IMG/VR virus record: IMGVR_UViG_3300029922_000037 | Strand: one strand, 5' to 3' | Length of the DNA: 28,167 bases | From: an uncultured virus (IMG/VR IMGVR_UViG_3300029922_000037) | Taxonomy: Duplodnaviria; Heunggongvirae; Uroviricota; Caudoviricetes | In this document: piece by piece, positions 8,421-16,349 of the stretch | Position numbering within the stretch: position 1 is the stretch's first letter | Layout: every line of letters begins with the position of its first letter | Made by a program: the position numbers and the translations under genes | The notes under the pieces: generated by a model | The model's database searches: none | What the model was told of the DNA's origin: nothing | Seen by the model: only the letters and a program-made list of their open reading frames with translations

Positions 8421-8645
8421 TCAATGTCGTTTCCTGTCTTCCAATAATTGTTGGCATGAGGTGCAAAGGTGGCGTCCGAGCGCACGCCGGAATTCCGGCA
8501 TCTGGTCTCCACACTCTTCAGCCTGGCATGTTGACGGCCCATATTCACTGTCGGTTGGTTTCCATGTGGGCATCGTATTTCGGAACTGGTTGACACGCTC
8601 CCATTGCGCGAGTTCGACATCCTGTGCTACGTCTTCGATCGACAT
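8421..8645 (-). CDS. TraR/DksA-like C4 zinc-finger protein
   Basis: 74 aa from MSIEDVAQ (GGAG upstream); CQAEECG..MPEFRR....LCTSCQ zinc-finger pattern. Confidence 0.85.
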   Translation of the reverse strand: MSIEDVAQDVELAQWERVNQFRNTMPTWKPTDSEYGPSTCQAEECGDQMPEFRRALGRHLCTSCQQLLEDRKRH

Positions 8646-8708
8646 GTTTTTTTCTCCCTGTAAGTTCGCGCCCATTCTTCGGCGTTGTCTGGTGTTCCAA
8701 GTAGATGT

Positions 8709-8855
8709 TCAACTCGGTGCAGGCGGTGCCTGATGCCAACGACGTGCGACGCCGATCGCTTTTGCCATCGCATGCAATTCCGCGTCGGTATCCGCGATCA
8801 AGTGGCACATCACCATGCGACCGTATTTGGCGCGCATATCGTCGACGTAGACCAT
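8709..8855 (-). CDS. DUF4031-like protein, apparently C-terminally truncated (absent from the ORF track)
   Basis: MVYVDDMRAKYGRMVMCHLIADTDAELHAMAKAIGVARRWHQ matches the DUF4031 pattern; GAGGA RBS; stops after 48 aa without the usual HYD segment. Confidence 0.7.
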   Translation of the reverse strand: MVYVDDMRAKYGRMVMCHLIADTDAELHAMAKAIGVARRWHQAPPAPS

Positions 8856-8862
8856 AAGTTCC

Positions 8863-9951
8863 TCAAATAACAATGGTTATGCGCTCGGCGGCGCGGGTGA
8901 TTGCGGTGTAGAGATGGTTGATACGATTCTCGCGGAACATGCCGCTCTCGTCGAACAGCATAAGCGTGTCCCATTGTGAACCTTGACTTTTATGAACGGT
9001 AATAACTCTTCCGTATGTGAACTCATCCGATGTCCGTTTCTGACGCCAATCGAGCTTGTCCTCGGTACCGAGAAAGAACTCGTTGAGCACGCTCAAGCGC
9101 CCTGGGTCTGCGAGTCCATCCAGCGACGTCACATCCAGCCCCACGCGGCCATTCTTGTGCTCGACGACATCGCATGTCCACATACTACCGTTCAGGAGCC
9201 CGCGATCACGATTATTTTTCAGGCATATCAGGCGATCACCATGCTCTGGCAGCGGCGACGTGAAGCCTTTCAGCGTGCGGATGCGGGTATTGAATACCTT
9301 GCGGGTCTTGTTCATGCCCACCAGCACCTGGTCGGCCCCAAGAACGTCGGCTTGATCGAGGTCACTGCGGTGGATGATCTTGCTCTCGCCATAGCGCCCG
9401 TATGCGAGTGGTTTTCCGTTTCTGACATCGGTGGCGATCTGGATGATTGGGTTGTCGGCGGCTTGGCGATGGATCTCGGTCAACAACACGTCCGGCTTGT
9501 CGCGCGTGAAATAGCCATCGCCTTCTACCGGCGGTAACTGCATGGGGTCGCCAAGGACAAGGATTTTCACGCCGAATGATTCGAGGTCTCGGCCAAGTTC
9601 TTCATTGACCATCGACACTTCGTCGATGATAATCAACTTGGCCAGCGTGGCCTCGCTGTCTGGATTGCGCTCGTACTCAATCTCCTGGGCGTCGGGGTCG
9701 ACTACCTTGTAGATCAGGCTGTGGATGGTGCGGGCGCCGGCGCAGCCTTTGGACTTGAGCACGAGCGCGGCTTTACCTGTAAATGTCGCGAAAACGACGA
9801 GTCCGTCGACACTGCCAGCGATCTCGCGCGCGAGCGTTGTCTTGCCGACGCCAGCGTACCCGAACAGCCGGAATACCTGCTTGCCGCGTTTATCTCTAAG
9901 CCAATGGCGCACCGATTGCAGCGCGGAGCTCTGTTGTGTCGACCAGTGCAT
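8863..9951 (-). CDS. SF1B helicase, RecD/Dda-like
   Basis: GYAGVGKTT, TFTGKAA, TIHSLIY, IIDEVSMV, LGDPMQLPPV, HRQA, TVHKSQGSQW, YTAITRA. Confidence 0.92.
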   Translation of the reverse strand: MHWSTQQSSALQSVRHWLRDKRGKQVFRLFGYAGVGKTTLAREIAGSVDGLVVFATFTGKAALVLKSKGCAGARTIHSLIYKVVDPDAQEIEYERNPDSEATLAKLIIIDEVSMVNEELGRDLESFGVKILVLGDPMQLPPVEGDGYFTRDKPDVLLTEIHRQAADNPIIQIATDVRNGKPLAYGRYGESKIIHRSDLDQADVLGADQVLVGMNKTRKVFNTRIRTLKGFTSPLPEHGDRLICLKNNRDRGLLNGSMWTCDVVEHKNGRVGLDVTSLDGLADPGRLSVLNEFFLGTEDKLDWRQKRTSDEFTYGRVITVHKSQGSQWDTLMLFDESGMFRENRINHLYTAITRAAERITIVI

Positions 9952-10142
9952 CAGGCAAAGTGCTTTCGATAAATATCTTCGACGCGATCAACCTGCTTGT
10001 CGGTCAGGTTGGTTGTAACCTTGCCATTCTGGCTGACCTCGACGATATTCTGGACGAACTCGTTCTCCCATGCTGATAGGTCGTTGGTTCCGACCATGCC
10101 CCCGATGGACTTGATCATGGTACCGATGCTGATGGTTCTCAT
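9951..10142 (-). CDS. Hypothetical phage protein (63 aa)
   Basis: Overlap-coupled to both neighbours; LSAWENEFV..LTDKQ motif. Confidence 0.75.
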   Translation of the reverse strand: MRTISIGTMIKSIGGMVGTNDLSAWENEFVQNIVEVSQNGKVTTNLTDKQVDRVEDIYRKHFA

Positions 10143-10423
10143 GGCTTGCCCGCCAGTCCGCAGTAACCGTAGGCTGATGGTACGTCAATATGCGTCCCAC
10201 TGATATTTTTACCAGGATAGGCAATCCAGCGCCACATAGCGCACTTATCCGCAATGCAGCGGCAGCTTGCAGGAATGCGAGTTCCACCGAGCATGTCTGT
10301 GTTGCAGCCACCGACGATAGTATGAACTGGCTTACTATCTCCACCAGTGGAATAGGTTTCATGGCGCGCACCGCGCACCATCGGGCACCACTTTCCAGTG
10401 GCTTCTTTTACGGTCATAGTCAT
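10139..10423 (-). CDS. Cys-rich hypothetical phage protein
   Basis: Start MTMTVKEA at 10423 overlaps the upstream stop (ATGA); KWCPM..CIADKCAMWRW..GYCGLAG. Confidence 0.75.
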   Translation of the reverse strand: MTMTVKEATGKWCPMVRGARHETYSTGGDSKPVHTIVGGCNTDMLGGTRIPASCRCIADKCAMWRWIAYPGKNISGTHIDVPSAYGYCGLAGKP

Positions 10424-10650
10424 AGCAGTTCCTTCCAAGCCATAAATGGCTCGCGGATGAGTTTGTGGAAGCGCTGGGCGGCGGCTGTGTTGGTGTCCAA
10501 TTTCACTCGCGAATCGATCTCGCACGTATCCAGAATGAACTGCTTTGCCTCTTCGGCGGTCTGGCAGGCACCGCACTGCGTATGCGCCCAGTATTGGAAG
10601 TCGGCGTCACGGCAAAACGTGCAAGCAATGATGCAGAGGTCGCGACTCAT
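10420..10650 (-). CDS. Hypothetical phage protein (76 aa); start codon abuts the IS left end
   Basis: MSRDLCIIACTFCRDADFQYW...CEIDSRVKLD...IREPF; stop coupled to the next gene. Confidence 0.8.
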   Translation of the reverse strand: MSRDLCIIACTFCRDADFQYWAHTQCGACQTAEEAKQFILDTCEIDSRVKLDTNTAAAQRFHKLIREPFMAWKELL

Positions 10651-10752
10651 CAGATTTGCTCCGAGAAACCTCGGCCTTCAGGCCGAGGAGTGAAAGGAGC
10701 CGACTGCGAAGCAGTCGTTGCCTTTCGGTTGAAATACTGGTAACGTGTGCAT

Positions 10753-10884
10753 ATGAAGCGTACAAACACATTCTTACCAGAGCCAATGCTTGCTGAACTG
10801 CGAGCGTTGTCCAATAAGCTCGACGTACCTGTCTCCGAGCTGATCCGTCGCGCTATTGCTGAGTTCTTGAAAACCCAAAAATGA
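10753..10884 (+). CDS. Ribbon-helix-helix (CopG-like) protein, 43 aa (absent from the ORF track)
   Basis: MKRTNTFLPEPMLAELRALSNKLDVPVSELIRRAIAEFLKTQK: strand-helix-helix with SELIRRAI motif; ATGA-coupled to tnpB. Confidence 0.85.
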   Translation: MKRTNTFLPEPMLAELRALSNKLDVPVSELIRRAIAEFLKTQK

Positions 10885-11933
10885 TCCTCGTCTATAGATA
10901 CCGGGTGAAGTCGCTGAACGGATTGCTGAACAAGCAGGCCAGGGCGTGCAACTTCGTCTGGAATTTCTGCAACGACAGGCAGAAGGATGCGCTGCGATTT
11001 CACCGCCGCTGGCATACCGGGTTCGACTTGAACAAGCTCACGCAAGGCAGCAGCAAAGAACTTGGTCTTCACTCCGGCACGGTGAACGCCGTGTGCGAGC
11101 AGTACGCCAAGTCGCGCGCGCAGAAGAAGCGCCCGTACTTGCGCTATCGGGGCAAGAAGAACCTCGGGTGGGTTCCGCTCAAGGGCCGCGAATTGAAGCG
11201 CGAAGGCAGCGCCTTCCGGTTCGCTGGCAATACCTTTCGCGTATTCGACAGTCGCCCGCTCCCTGAGGGGAAAATCAAGGACGGAACGAACTTCTCCAAA
11301 GACTCTCGCGGCAACTGGTTCCTGAACATCGTGATCGACGTTGCCGTTGCTCCTGCCGACGCTCGCAGTCCTGGCCGTGGCGTCGGCATCGACCTTGGCC
11401 TGAAAGACTTTGCCACGCTGTCCACTGGCGAAAAGATCGAGGCGCAGCATATCTACCGAGGCACGGAGCAAGCGCTTGCCGTTGCCCAGCGCGCCGGGAA
11501 GAAACGTCGCGTGAGTGCCATTCACGCAAAGATTTCGAACCGTCGCAACGATTTTCACCACAAACTCTCGACGCGCATCGTTCAAGAGTTTGACTATATC
11601 GCGGTTGGCAACGTGAACGCCGCAGGACTCGCCAAAACCAGCATGGCGAAGTCCGTTTTGGATGCCGGTTGGTCTTCCTTCCGTAGCAAACTTGCGTACA
11701 AGGCTGTTAAGCATGGCGCGTGGTTCGAGGAAGTGAACGAACGTTTTACATCCCAAATCTGTTCGGATTGCGGCTGTTTGCCCGATTCGAGGCCGAAAGG
11801 TATCGCAGACCTTGGAATAAGAGAGTGGCAATGCAGTGACTGTGGTTGCGTACATGATCGTGACACCAATGCTGCGTTAAACATTCTCCGTCGCGGACGT
11901 GCGACGCTAGCTGTAGGAATCCCCGTCCTTTAG
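10881..11933 (+). CDS. tnpB: RNA-guided endonuclease TnpB (350 aa) with rearranged RuvC-II
   Basis: YRYRV..CNFVWN N-terminus; GIDLG (D171); AVGN with Gly243 in place of the canonical Glu; VNERFTS (E287); two CSDC zinc pairs; HDRDTNAA (D328). Confidence 0.95.
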   Translation: MILVYRYRVKSLNGLLNKQARACNFVWNFCNDRQKDALRFHRRWHTGFDLNKLTQGSSKELGLHSGTVNAVCEQYAKSRAQKKRPYLRYRGKKNLGWVPLKGRELKREGSAFRFAGNTFRVFDSRPLPEGKIKDGTNFSKDSRGNWFLNIVIDVAVAPADARSPGRGVGIDLGLKDFATLSTGEKIEAQHIYRGTEQALAVAQRAGKKRRVSAIHAKISNRRNDFHHKLSTRIVQEFDYIAVGNVNAAGLAKTSMAKSVLDAGWSSFRSKLAYKAVKHGAWFEEVNERFTSQICSDCGCLPDSRPKGIADLGIREWQCSDCGCVHDRDTNAALNILRRGRATLAVGIPVL

Positions 11934-11966
11934 GGCGGCGAGGACGTCAAATGGATTCCTTATCGG
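11790..11966 (+). ncRNA. Predicted omega/reRNA of TnpB: scaffold over the tnpB 3' end and right end, guide from the flank ATGGATTCCTTATCGG
   Basis: Inferred from the known architecture of IS200/IS605 TnpB loci. The scaffold/guide boundary at TCAA 11950 is visible; the 5' boundary and guide length are approximate. Confidence 0.55.
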
Positions 11967-11991
11967 CTGGTCGCCCAGCCTGCTGGGTTGA

Positions 11992-13035
11992 TCAGAATAC
12001 TTCGTCGCTGTCGCCGCCCTGGGCATCGCCTTGGTCGTCTGCTGGAGGCGGTTCTGGTTGTTGGTCAGGTTCCGGTTCTGGGGTCGGCGCTGGCGCGGTC
12101 TTCTTCACGACAGCAGCCTTTTTAGGTGTTGGTGCAGAGGCAGTTGTCGACACTGCATCGCCAGCAGATTCCGGTTGCCCAGTAGGGGTGCCAGCGGTTT
12201 TGGCAATCGCAGCCGCAATGGCAGTCTTGGCCGGACTATCTTTCTTTTCGCCGTCTTCCTCGTTGTTGAAATAGGTCGATGCCTTGGCACCATCCTTGAT
12301 CGCGTTGTAAATTCCTGTCAGGTCAACCAGTTCATCGGCTGTGGTATCGTCGACTTGATGCCCAAGGAATTTTGCCAGCATCGCCGCAGAGACGCCCTGC
12401 TTCTTGAACGCATTCGACATTGCCAACAGCCGGTCACTGAGCGGCTTCTCGTTGTCGCCGGCAAGTGTGCGCTTGCATTCGGCGATACCGATCGCGACAA
12501 GATGTTTTGGCATCAGCGCCAGGATGCGTCCGCGCATGATGCGCGCAGCAACGTTCCCGATCCGGTTGTCGATATCGTTTTGGCTCGTGATCGCGCGCGG
12601 GCCTTCCTTTGTGTCCAGGATATGCATGATAGCGATCTGGCGCCGACTGTGATTGTTCTTTTCCATGTCCCATGCGAACACCTCGACTTCGCTTTTGCCA
12701 GCACTACGGCTCAGTTCACGATGCCCATACTGCATATTTCCGTAGCAGCGTGCTGCTTCCTCGGCAAAACGAATCGAGGGACCGCTACCGCGGTTTGATA
12801 CGGCATAGAATGCCACGGCGGCAAAGTCCGGTGACCGGCACGATTCCTTGAATTCTTCGATGGCTGCCACGACGCTGCGCGGAAATCGCTTGGCCAGCGT
12901 CATCTGCCCCTGCGCTTCTGCGATGGCGCGTTCGGATTCGATTGCAACTGCACCGGCGTTGATGCTGGTCGGCACCATGTTGCGGTTGAACGGACTGTCT
13001 CTATTCTGATCGGTTGTTACGACTTCGTTTGCCAT
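11992..13035 (-). CDS. Putative ssDNA-annealing/recombination protein
   Basis: Start MANEV after GGAG. Motifs AKRFPR, GPSIRFAE and AWDMEKN; acidic Pro-rich tail ending DEVF; same operon as the ExoVIII-like nuclease. Function inferred from context. Confidence 0.55.
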   Translation of the reverse strand: MANEVVTTDQNRDSPFNRNMVPTSINAGAVAIESERAIAEAQGQMTLAKRFPRSVVAAIEEFKESCRSPDFAAVAFYAVSNRGSGPSIRFAEEAARCYGNMQYGHRELSRSAGKSEVEVFAWDMEKNNHSRRQIAIMHILDTKEGPRAITSQNDIDNRIGNVAARIMRGRILALMPKHLVAIGIAECKRTLAGDNEKPLSDRLLAMSNAFKKQGVSAAMLAKFLGHQVDDTTADELVDLTGIYNAIKDGAKASTYFNNEEDGEKKDSPAKTAIAAAIAKTAGTPTGQPESAGDAVSTTASAPTPKKAAVVKKTAPAPTPEPEPDQQPEPPPADDQGDAQGGDSDEVF

Positions 13036-13090
13036 GTGGATCTCCAAAATAAATCCCGCTCGGTGCGGGTGTGAAATTGATTATAATTGA

Positions 13091-14419
13091 TTAATCTTCG
13101 CTCGTCACGGAAAATTCGCCATCGGTCACGCGCGATACGAACAATTGCAAACTGGTCTTCGCCATGGCGCGCTTGAACTCGGCGAACGTGGCGGCATCTA
13201 GGCTTTCAATGCGGTCGACGCATACAGCCCCAAGCGTCCCCGCTCGCAACTTGGCGACTTCGACGGCGATGCCGACCTGGGCGGCGGTATTTAGCCGGTC
13301 CAGCGGGACGCCGTCTTTGTAGATTTCGCCTTCGCGGACTTCGATATCAGGAATTGGCAAGTTTTCCAACAATTCCGTTTTGTAGGCATCTATGGCTGCC
13401 AACGCGGCGGTCTGCTTGTCGGCGTCTGCTTGCAGGTCGGTCAATTCCGTTTGCATTGCCGCGATGGTATCTAGCGCCTGCTCGCGCTTTGCGGCCGCCA
13501 TACGATTTTGCTTGATGTTGGATAATGCTATCTTGAGCGGTTCCTGCGCGGCATTGCAAGATGTTGCAGCATTTGTGCGCGCTGTCTCGGCTTTGGCGGC
13601 GTTGGTACCTGTATCGAGTTTGATAGCGTCTTTTTCCATAGTCGCGGTGGCGCGCAATGCTTCGATATCATCCTGAAGTTTTTCGTCGATTTCGGCGATG
13701 CGCTTCGCAGCGGCTTCGCGTATTCCTGTCATCTTTGCGTCGATCTTGCGCATTGTCGTAGCGAGCTTATCGCGCTCGACGGCGATAGCTGTTTCAAGCC
13801 CGTCTTCGTCATCGCCCATGACGCCGCCAACACTATCAGGCATCGCTAACTGGATCTGGTTGATCGTGCCTTCCTTTTCCTTGACGGCGCGGTTTGTGCT
13901 CGTCCGGTCTTCGTAGACGCGCTGGCGCACGGTGTCGATAACGTGGAGCGCATGTAGACCTGGTGCAGCCTTAACCGGAACGCCAGCCAACTTGGATAAT
14001 TTATCCACATCGAGTTCGAGCGGCATCGCCTCCAGTAGAACTTTCACGCGGTCTTGCTTGCGTGCGGTCAGGAATTCGACCGGGTTTACCGACAACATGT
14101 CGGCCAAGCGTGCAATTGCTTCGGCAGGTCGCGCAACCTTCTTGCCATCTGCCCCACGCACGTCCGTACTGGTGGTTGCGCCACTGACGCGGCGCTGGAT
14201 GCTGCTGCCATCCTCCAGCACAAACACGATCTCGCCAGCGGCGGCACCGTTACGCAGCAGCGTGGCGTCGTGGCCTGGGCGTAGTGCGGCCTTGATGGCT
14301 TCGAGAACACTGGTCTTTCCGCAACCGTTCGTGCCCTCGATGACGGTGAACGCACCGGCATCGAATTCGAGTTCTTCGATGCCGAGGATGTTGCTGATTT
14401 TGATGTGGTTGATTTTCAT
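13091..14419 (-). CDS. Rad50/SbcC-like coiled-coil ABC ATPase
   Basis: MKINHIKISNILGI start, Walker A GTNGCGKTS, long coiled coil, degenerate signature LNTAAQ, Walker B VCVDRIESLD. Confidence 0.85.
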   Translation of the reverse strand: MKINHIKISNILGIEELEFDAGAFTVIEGTNGCGKTSVLEAIKAALRPGHDATLLRNGAAAGEIVFVLEDGSSIQRRVSGATTSTDVRGADGKKVARPAEAIARLADMLSVNPVEFLTARKQDRVKVLLEAMPLELDVDKLSKLAGVPVKAAPGLHALHVIDTVRQRVYEDRTSTNRAVKEKEGTINQIQLAMPDSVGGVMGDDEDGLETAIAVERDKLATTMRKIDAKMTGIREAAAKRIAEIDEKLQDDIEALRATATMEKDAIKLDTGTNAAKAETARTNAATSCNAAQEPLKIALSNIKQNRMAAAKREQALDTIAAMQTELTDLQADADKQTAALAAIDAYKTELLENLPIPDIEVREGEIYKDGVPLDRLNTAAQVGIAVEVAKLRAGTLGAVCVDRIESLDAATFAEFKRAMAKTSLQLFVSRVTDGEFSVTSED

Positions 14420-15036
14420 TTTTTCTGTCCAATGGCTATTTTTATCAGGTTGTAGGTATTCGGTGCTTGCGACCCAGGTTTCGGATTGAGGATGTTCTTG
14501 CACTCGATCAGGAACGCAGCAGAAATTTTGGACCAGTCACGAACCAACCCAGCCCATTCAGTGGAAACCGTCGCCATTTTTGGCAACTGGTCTCTTAATT
14601 CTGGGACTTGTTCCAGCAAAAGCAGGCAACGCCGAAAATCAGCAGGGTCCCATGGGAAGTGATCACCACCGCCGGCGTCGACTCCAGTCAGATGCGTGAA
14701 CATTGTATCGCTGCTAGCGCCACGCTCGCCACTAGCAAGCCATCGACATGCTGCGTCGGAAAGCGTGGATGAATATTTAGCGATCATGCCAGCATCAGCA
14801 AGCGGCTTTATTTTAGCCAACAATGCGTCAACACATGTTTTCGTCCCGAATGCGAAGTTGGCACCGAGCATGCGAGCAATATCCGGCGACAAAATCGCAT
14901 CGTCGCCCGCAAGTTTTAGGACATTTGGCATTGCCCGCAAAGAAACCGTGCCGAATATAATGAAACATTCATCACGTTCTTCGACTGTGAATTTATTTGT
15001 CTCGTTTCTGTTTGTTTCCAATGTCACATTTTCCAT
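14416..15036 (-). CDS. Hypothetical phage protein
   Basis: WLASGERGASS..PWDPADFRRCLLLLEQVPE motif; ATGA-coupled to the ATPase gene. Confidence 0.75.
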   Translation of the reverse strand: MENVTLETNRNETNKFTVEERDECFIIFGTVSLRAMPNVLKLAGDDAILSPDIARMLGANFAFGTKTCVDALLAKIKPLADAGMIAKYSSTLSDAACRWLASGERGASSDTMFTHLTGVDAGGGDHFPWDPADFRRCLLLLEQVPELRDQLPKMATVSTEWAGLVRDWSKISAAFLIECKNILNPKPGSQAPNTYNLIKIAIGQKK

Positions 15037-15062
15037 TTGAATTTTCTCTGTGTGAGTGAAAG

Positions 15063-15908
15063 TTACCGACGCATCCATCCCGGCAACTCCAGTTGTTGAA
15101 TCTCAAACCCGTAGTCGGGAAAGTGGTTGGCGCGCTTGGCGGCGACAATGCGCAGGAAATCCCTGCGTGCGGCGGCATAAGCGCGCGCGATCTGTTCTGG
15201 CGTGGCGTAATAGATGCCGATCGCGTAAGGCCATTCTTTTTCAAACGCCAGGAATACCCACGACTCTGGGTGCTCGCCATAGAGTTGATCGAACACGTCA
15301 AAGTACCAGCTTACCTGGATATCGTACCTATAGTTTGCCGCCGACTTGCCGAATCCAACCGGCGATGCGTCATCGGTACTCTTCAGATCCACGATCATGC
15401 CCCCACCATTCTGCATGAAGTCGGTCCGGCACTTGATCAGTTCCCCGGTTTCGCTGTCATTGACAAAAAACGATTGCTCGACAACGCCATCGCGCAACAA
15501 CGCCGATGCCATCGGATGCCGGTAGACGGCATCGCGCAACCGCAGCATATCGGAATACTGCTCGCTGGGTACGATGATCTTGTCTGCGTGTTCGGCCTCG
15601 AATGCCGCCCATTCTTCCTTGTCGGCGTTGCTACGGCGTGCGATTTCAAGACCGCAGACCACGTTGGACGCCACGCTGTCAGGCTCCAAGATGGCGATGT
15701 GGCACGCCTGCCCGAACAGTTGCGCCGGCGTGGACGGTTTGATATCGCGATCCGGGTCCAGATACTTCGCCCAGTAGTGCAACTCCGATTGCGTGGCGAT
15801 GCAGTCCAGGTGCGTCTTGGAGACACCGGGAGCGCCGTGGTATTCATCGTTAGTCATCTGGACAAGCCCATGCAACGGCACTGTCTTGACCACATTTTCA
15901 ATTTGCAT
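15063..15908 (-). CDS. RecE/exonuclease VIII-like PD-(D/E)XK nuclease
   Basis: EYHGAPGVSKT, FGQACHIAILEP, EQSFF, KCRTD, IVDLKST, YDIQVSWY, FLAFEK. Confidence 0.9.
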   Translation of the reverse strand: MQIENVVKTVPLHGLVQMTNDEYHGAPGVSKTHLDCIATQSELHYWAKYLDPDRDIKPSTPAQLFGQACHIAILEPDSVASNVVCGLEIARRSNADKEEWAAFEAEHADKIIVPSEQYSDMLRLRDAVYRHPMASALLRDGVVEQSFFVNDSETGELIKCRTDFMQNGGGMIVDLKSTDDASPVGFGKSAANYRYDIQVSWYFDVFDQLYGEHPESWVFLAFEKEWPYAIGIYYATPEQIARAYAAARRDFLRIVAAKRANHFPDYGFEIQQLELPGWMRR

Positions 15909-16034
15909 ATTCCATCCGCGTGACGTTAAAGTGACTTCACTGTATATCAAATTTGAGTAATTCGCAAGTATTCTTAATCAAATTTTGCTATTCACGATGA
16001 AATATAGTACACTTCAACAAAATAAGGAGTTTGT
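15909..16034. promoter_or_regulatory. Divergent control region with an inverted repeat (candidate operator)
   Basis: AT-rich gap between divergent operons; AAATTTGAGTAA (15949-15960) and TTAATCAAATTT (15974-15985) form 12-bp arms with one mismatch; TAAGGAG RBS for the rightward gene. Confidence 0.6.
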
Positions 16035-16298
16035 GTGGAGCAACCAAAAAAGAAGTTTTCGATGGTTTTTACTGAAGCGCTAGATGCAATTATCGCTGAC
16101 GGCGTGACTGTCGGCGTGACGTTGACATCGATCTGTCGCCAGACTGGCATTAGCCGCGCCACGCCGGATCGCTGGCGCAAGACACCGCCGAAAACGATCA
16201 GACTCCTTGATGAGATGCAGGATATGATCGACGCCAAGCGGAAGCAGGATGCCGAGGACAATGCCGTGCGGGCTCGGGTGGCGGCTTCGAAAAAATAA
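16035..16298 (+). CDS. Cro-like HTH regulator
   Basis: GTG start after TAAGGAG; TLTSICRQTGISRATPDRW helix-turn-helix; first gene of the rightward operon. Confidence 0.75.
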   Translation: MEQPKKKFSMVFTEALDAIIADGVTVGVTLTSICRQTGISRATPDRWRKTPPKTIRLLDEMQDMIDAKRKQDAEDNAVRARVAASKK

Positions 16299-16349
16299 AC
16301 TGAAATTGTTTTGTGCGGAATAGAATTTTGTGCCGCGCAGGGAGATATT

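Larger units (their letters stand above)
10651..11950 (+). mobile_element. Non-autonomous IS200/IS605-family element (RHH + tnpB, no tnpA)
   Basis: Left end: target TCAT (10647-10650), GAAA (10665-10668) at the foot of hairpin CCTCGGCC-TTCA-GGCCGAGG (10669-10688). Right end: GAAT (11917-11920), hairpin 11921-11940, terminal TCAA (11947-11950). No target duplication. Removing the element restores an RBS-ATG junction. Confidence 0.9.

Noticed and set aside
10881..11990. TnpB as a Cas12-like CRISPR effector or a nuclease-dead TldR
   Set aside because: No repeat-spacer array nearby, intact IS ends with a flank-derived guide, and an alternative Glu (E287) that can explain the missing canonical residue.
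12031..12798. 255-aa plus-strand ORF
   Set aside because: Antisense to a well-formed gene with an RBS; no motifs.
13055..13069. CCCGC/GCGGG hairpin followed by ATTTATTTT on the minus strand
   Set aside because: Only a 5-bp stem inside an operon, directly before an RBS; too weak to call a terminator.
15093..15923. 276-aa plus-strand ORF
   Set aside because: Antisense shadow of the ExoVIII-like gene.
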